DNA of 64,000 bases from Sporopachydermia quercuum (Eukaryota), in contig BCGN01000003.1 of NCBI GenBank assembly GCA_001599295.1, positions 620,001-684,000 of the forward strand, in the 5' to 3' direction. The position numbers and the translations under genes are program-made. The notes beneath the pieces were generated by a model. It was not told the origin of the DNA. It saw only the letters and a program-made list of their open reading frames with translations, and did not search any database. Positions 59,519-64,000 of this stretch are shown piece by piece (positions within the stretch are counted from its first letter, which is position 1; every line of letters starts with the position of its first letter).

Positions 59519-60525
59519 TTATATATACCTTTGAGCTAGTGCAAATCCTGCTGCAAGGTTTTGAACTCTAGCATCAAGCTTATAGCCTTCCTTCGTTAAC
59601 TCATCCAGTTTCTCTGTCAAACTGTTCAAGGGCACTGAGTGTAACGTTAGCATAGCGTTGATGTAGTGTTTAAGACTAAAAGAGAATGTGAATCAAACTC
59701 AACTTACCAGTAAATGTTTCAATGAACTCATTTTCTTCCAATTGGGGTTGTGGATTTTGATTCCTTGGATCGTTCATATCAATTGACACTTGAACCAAAG
59801 ACAAGTTAGTATTGCAGAATCCAGGATCATTGAAAATGGTAGCACTTTTACTAAAAGCTTTCCCCACGTATCCTGTCTCTTCCAATAGTTCTCNTTCAGC
59901 ACAGGTTTCAATTGTCTCATTAGGATCCATCAAACCAGCAGGAATCTCAATACAAATCCCTTCGATAGGAGCTCGATATTGTTTCTGCAAGACAAGTTCA
60001 GGCCCAGTCTCTTTTTCAATTATCGCAACAATTCCAACCCCATCCACATCACTTCCTTCAACACGAGTAGTACGGGCACCTGCTTCCCATGTTCGCACTG
60101 TTTGACCATAATATTGACATGGTTAGAGATATTGAAAGGATGTACACGAATTTATCTATCAGCAAAGCCAAATATAGATTCTCATCTCATCATACCTTTA
60201 CCTGTAGGATCTTCATATGTAATCAATTGAAGCTTTTGGAAGGCAATTGATGTTAGATTTGTTATTCAAACAAGGGACACATTGTGTTCATCCACTGCTT
60301 AGCATTATGCCACTGTCCATTCGGCAGTGGCCAACATTCAACTCTAATTTCTTCATACTTTCGTCCATTTGGCATCTTTTGAGTCCTGACAATAAATGTT
60401 AGTAACTAAACCCTTAACTTNTCTCTGTGTGCTGTAAATACTGCATGGGAACGAAGCACATGGATCCAATTCTCATTGCTTACCAAATCATCAATCTTTA
60501 TAATCTTAGCTTTCTTGAGATCCAT
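59519..60525 (-). CDS. YSA1: Nudix ADP-ribose pyrophosphatase, 203 aa. 5 exons: 60525-60484, 60385-60359, 60232-60196, 60097-59708, 59634-59519
   Basis: Spliced MDLKKAKIIKIDDL|DSKDAKWTK|LQLITYEDPTGK|VRTWEAG...; Nudix box PAGLMDPNETIETCAE.ELLEETGY; C-terminus ..GYKLDARVQNLAAG. Exon lengths sum to 612 nt. Confidence 0.93.
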
Positions 60526-61077
60526 TGCTTACAATTCCTTGAACCCTTTATTCCAAACCGCAATCCACTATAATTGAAATACGTATCATGTTAATGTTGA
60601 TAGTTTATCTTTCTTGTGAATCAGGATAAAGAATACATTATCAACCTGTTCTATATTAGTGTAAGCCTCTAACACTTTAATGACCATCTCACCCCAGCGC
60701 CCAGTCATCCAACACATGTGACTCTTAAACCGGGTGTGACAATTTAGTCCTGGAGATACTTTGATATTTTAACCGGTGATGTAATCATAATATAAAAAGA
60801 AGAAAATCAACTACGGAAATAATTCGTGAATCCACTAGATAATATCCGCTTTTGCTTCGCTATTATTGTTGATTTTTCTCTTCTGTAGGTTGATCTTCTT
60901 ATCAATCTCATTCAATCATTAAGTCTACAAAACTACAATCCCTTGAGTCTAACTTTCTTATTATCCAGCTATTTACTGATTATCAGAAATATTTCTTCAT
61001 ATTTGGAAGTCAAAGTACCTACATTCTTTCAATCAATCCTTCGTACGCATACTCTCTGTTCGATCAAGCACATCAAA

Positions 61078-61615
61078 ATGACAGTATCGACAGAGCAATT
61101 AAAGGACGAAGTGTATGAACAGCTAGTTTCTACTGGTGAATATAATAAGTATGAATAAATAGATCAATCAACTGATATATCCTAAGTCATAGTTGTTACT
61201 TCCTAGCATAGTTCTCTTAACTAACAAATCTTCAGAATCGAGCAGAGTCTGAAACAGAAACTGATGCAATGTGGTTGGTATGATTCTGTCAGAAGTATGG
61301 CATTTGGTACGTATTCGCAACAAAAGTTAGAATTCAGTTCCAAAATCAGCTGTTTTTCATTTTGATTCTATTTTGTATATTATAATTGAAGCTTGAAGTT
61401 CACTGGGAACAATAAGATATATACTCCTGAAGAGTAATAATCGAATGAACATACTAACAAACCGACTGTTAGAAGAGCTGAGTCATGAGCCGACTATGAA
61501 ATTCTCAACAGCGATTCCGTCTATTGAAAGCAAAGCTTTATCGTCAGTACCTGAAAATGTGAAGGTTGACATTTTGCTAGAGGTCAAACAAGCAGTTGAG
61601 AAGATAATCGAATGA
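61078..61615 (+). CDS. SUS1: Sus1/ENY2 (SAGA DUB module / TREX-2 subunit), 94 aa. Exons 61078-61148, 61236-61306, 61473-61615. Not in the ORF track as a full gene
   Basis: MTVSTEQLKDEVYEQLVSTGEYNK|IEQSLKQKLMQCGWYDSVRSMAF|EEL...KALSSVPENVKVDIL. Introns GTATGA..AACTAAC..CAG and GTACGT..TACTAAC..TAG. Lies between YSA1 and CYC8. Confidence 0.93.
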
Positions 61616-62411
61616 AGGACAGAAATACATTGGATTTCCAGATATATGAGATATGTATCAATCAATGAAAGGAAATCAGGAAGAAAAGCAAGCAGGAAAA
61701 AAAGATAACTAAATATAAAGAACAGGCAAGAAGAGCTGCGGTTTTGTGTAAAGCTAAAGCTGTGCTGTTAAACAAATAACTGATGATAGAATGAATAGAA
61801 GAAATGGATTTGGTGAAACGGATATGGTTNGAATTGCATATAATGGCGATGAATATCAATCAGCAATTTTAACGATGAGATGAACAGCAGGATGTGAGAA
61901 AATAACCAATTACAAAAAGAATGGCAGCTATAGATGATATCTTTGACCGCATCAATTGTTTGTTAGTCATTGCAAGATTTATCTATCTGAACTTTTGATT
62001 TAGCTTGAGTGATTGATAGATAAGAGAAAGTAATAAATATAACGCATGGGAGAGAAACAGAAAAACTAATGACAAAGCACTTTGTATCAGTGAAAGATAT
62101 GAAAAAATACAATAAATGAATAGAATGCGCACTGACGTCTTTCACAGAATAAATCCAATTGCAAGAGTGGTGCTTTTTGATGTTGTCAGTAAACACCAAT
62201 GACGATCAAACTAATTGGCAAAATGAAATATGATTAACATGTCTTACCTCATAAATTTTTTTTTGTCTCCTTGTNTTATATTATAAGTGAGAATCACCGG
62301 ATGATACATAATTGACAGTCTAATTGGACAGGTGATATCCTTTTGATATTGATCCCTGTTCAATTTTCATCAGTTGACTGTTCACAGCTGATTGATATAG
62401 TTGTTCATCTA

Positions 62412-62458
62412 TGAAAAAGAACTGAAAAACAACTGAAAAAGAACTGAAAAAGAGCTGA
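62412..62458. repeat. 11-bp imperfect tandem repeat (TGAAAAAGAAC), 4 copies
   Basis: Read directly. Confidence 0.85.
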
Positions 62459-62857
62459 TATTTGTGTATAGTAAGTAACTGTAATGACAATTTAATAAAT
62501 AATAATTAATAGATAATAACCAATAAGCAATCCTACTGTGCAGTTCATTCATTGCCCTAGTCATTTGGCTGAATCCTTGATACCTTCCAACATATAATCT
62601 GTCCCANTATCCACGTTAATCGTTTACTTACCATAATTCTCACGCTCATAACTCACATTCTATAGCACTATTATATCAGAACACATTGACTTTCAATACT
62701 GAAGCTTCCTTCTTAGTAATCTACCATTGTCAAATTTCTTCATATGATACAACTTGACAACATATCATTATGGCATAACAACAACATACTAATACATTTT
62801 TTTCTTTCATACTAATCCCTACATACATAATACTAACATCTACAAAATACATTTCAT

Positions 62858-64000
62858 TCATCGTTTTGGTCCACTATTTTCCTCATTAGCTGTTGTTGGA
62901 ACAGAAGTATTACTTGACTTCGATCCATTCCCAGATTCATCCTTCGATGTTGTTTCCGCTTCCTTACTGTTAGTTCTTGTCTCTGGTTCTGTCGTTAAGC
63001 TATTTTCACCATTCTTGCCCGTGGTAGAAGGAACAGTACCGCCATTTTCTTCATTATTTGTACTGGTTGATTTTGGTTCATTTGTTCCAGCGCTTCCACT
63101 AAAATCTCCTGTGGCAGACACTGCAGATGGAGTAGCAGTAGGCGTATTCGAAACANTAGAACCAGTAGTACCAGTTGGTGATTNGTCAGCAGTAGAATCT
63201 GCCTTTGGTGCTTTTGGCTCCTCAAGCTCGTCCGGTTCGTCCTCCATGTCATAATCTTCGTCTTCTTCAACATCTCTATTGGGTTTTTCGATCGGCCTGT
63301 TCACTACTTTCTCTTCTTTCGGTGACGAGATGTTGGAAACAAGTTCTTCTGTTGGTTTGGAGATAGGCTCAAGTAAAGGTTTGGATTCGGGTTCCGTCAC
63401 TGAAAGTAGAGAAGTCGTAGTCGAAGGTGTTAACATGGATGCTGCAGTAGATGTTGAGGGAGCCAGTGGTACGGGGGCCGGGGCAGGCACTGGAGTCTGG
63501 CTTGGGCCGGAAACTGGTGAGACAATTGGCGGGTGGGCACCAACAGTAGTCACAGCCGGTACCGAAGTTGCAGGAGGTGTTGGTAATGTTGTGGAAGGTG
63601 TTGGGGCTGAAGTTCCTGCTATTAGTACTGGTGCTGGTTGAGGTTGGGGTTGGGATACAGGACTGGGTTCAACTGAAGAGTGGGATTGAGTTTGGGCCTG
63701 AACTNGTACAACTGCTGGTGCCAGCACAGGTGCTGGTGCTGAAGTTGCTGGCGTAGAAGCAGGAGCTTCTGCAAAAGGTAAAGAGTGTAATACTGGATTA
63801 GTAGCCGGCACTGGTAAGGCAGACGTTGTTACCACAGCTGACAAAGGAAGCGGGACCGATGCTGGTGCTTTTGGTGGTGATGCTGTTTCAATATTAGGTG
63901 ATAAAACAGCTGGAANTGAAGGCGTATTTGAACCCGAAACTGCACCAGGCTGCTGTTTAGGTGATAAAACACCATCACCATGTTTAGCACTGTGAACATC
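62858..64000 (-). CDS. CYC8: 3' part of a gene continuing beyond the window. Low-complexity P/T/A/S C-terminus, probably the general corepressor Cyc8/Ssn6
   Basis: Frame is open to position 64000. RDVEEDEDYD matches the Cyc8/Ssn6 C-terminal RxxEEDExYDD-type motif. Position and strand match CYC8 after SUS1. The TPR domain is not inside the window. Confidence 0.7.
   Translation of the reverse strand, partial: DVHSAKHGDGVLSPKQQPGAVSGSNTPSXPAVLSPNIETASPPKAPASVPLPLSAVVTTSALPVPATNPVLHSLPFAEAPASTPATSAPAPVLAPAVVXVQAQTQSHSSVEPSPVSQPQPQPAPVLIAGTSAPTPSTTLPTPPATSVPAVTTVGAHPPIVSPVSGPSQTPVPAPAPVPLAPSTSTAASMLTPSTTTSLLSVTEPESKPLLEPISKPTEELVSNISSPKEEKVVNRPIEKPNRDVEEDEDYDMEDEPDELEEPKAPKADSTADXSPTGTTGSXVSNTPTATPSAVSATGDFSGSAGTNEPKSTSTNNEENGGTVPSTTGKNGENSLTTEPETRTNSKEAETTSKDESGNGSKSSNTSVPTTANEENSGPKR

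Noticed and set aside
62780..62840. TACTAAT/TACTAAC motifs on the + strand
   Set aside because: No nearby AG acceptor or exon. Better explained as TA-rich 3'-end signals of the minus-strand CYC8-like gene.

Overview
Eukaryotic DNA from an AT-rich budding yeast (Saccharomycotina). It appears to use the standard genetic code: CTG falls on conserved Leu positions in TPD3. I can support 24 protein-coding genes (one truncated at the right edge) and one tRNA-Val(TAC). Left to right: two convergent paralogous GPI-anchored BIM1/X325-like genes, CAB3, PEX26-like, TPD3, PMU1-like, tRNA-Val, NTG, CCR4, a VAC7-like gene, an SLM1/RGC1-type BAR-PH gene, LDB19/ART1, PMT2, FUN26, ISA2, IML3/CENP-L, AIM3-like, CMD1, ALG1, HOS1, SPE3, YSA1, SUS1 and the 3' end of CYC8. 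I reconstructed 14 spliceosomal introns in 7 coding genes by hand, which the ORF track misses, plus several candidate 5'-UTR introns. The right half matches the interleaved S. cerevisiae YBR107C-YBR112C / YPR067W-YPR069C gene order and orientation. No transposon ORF, CRISPR array or rRNA was found. The best leads are: a Pex26-type gene at the PEX15 syntenic position; an AIM3-like protein with an apparently intact CHAP-like Cys/His dyad; the non-canonical BIM1-like pair; a near-perfect 60-bp inverted repeat; a multi-hairpin candidate ncRNA at 7.6-8.1 kb; and a tail-anchored VAC7-like gene lacking the lumenal domain. All family calls come from motif recognition and recalled gene order. No database searches were run.
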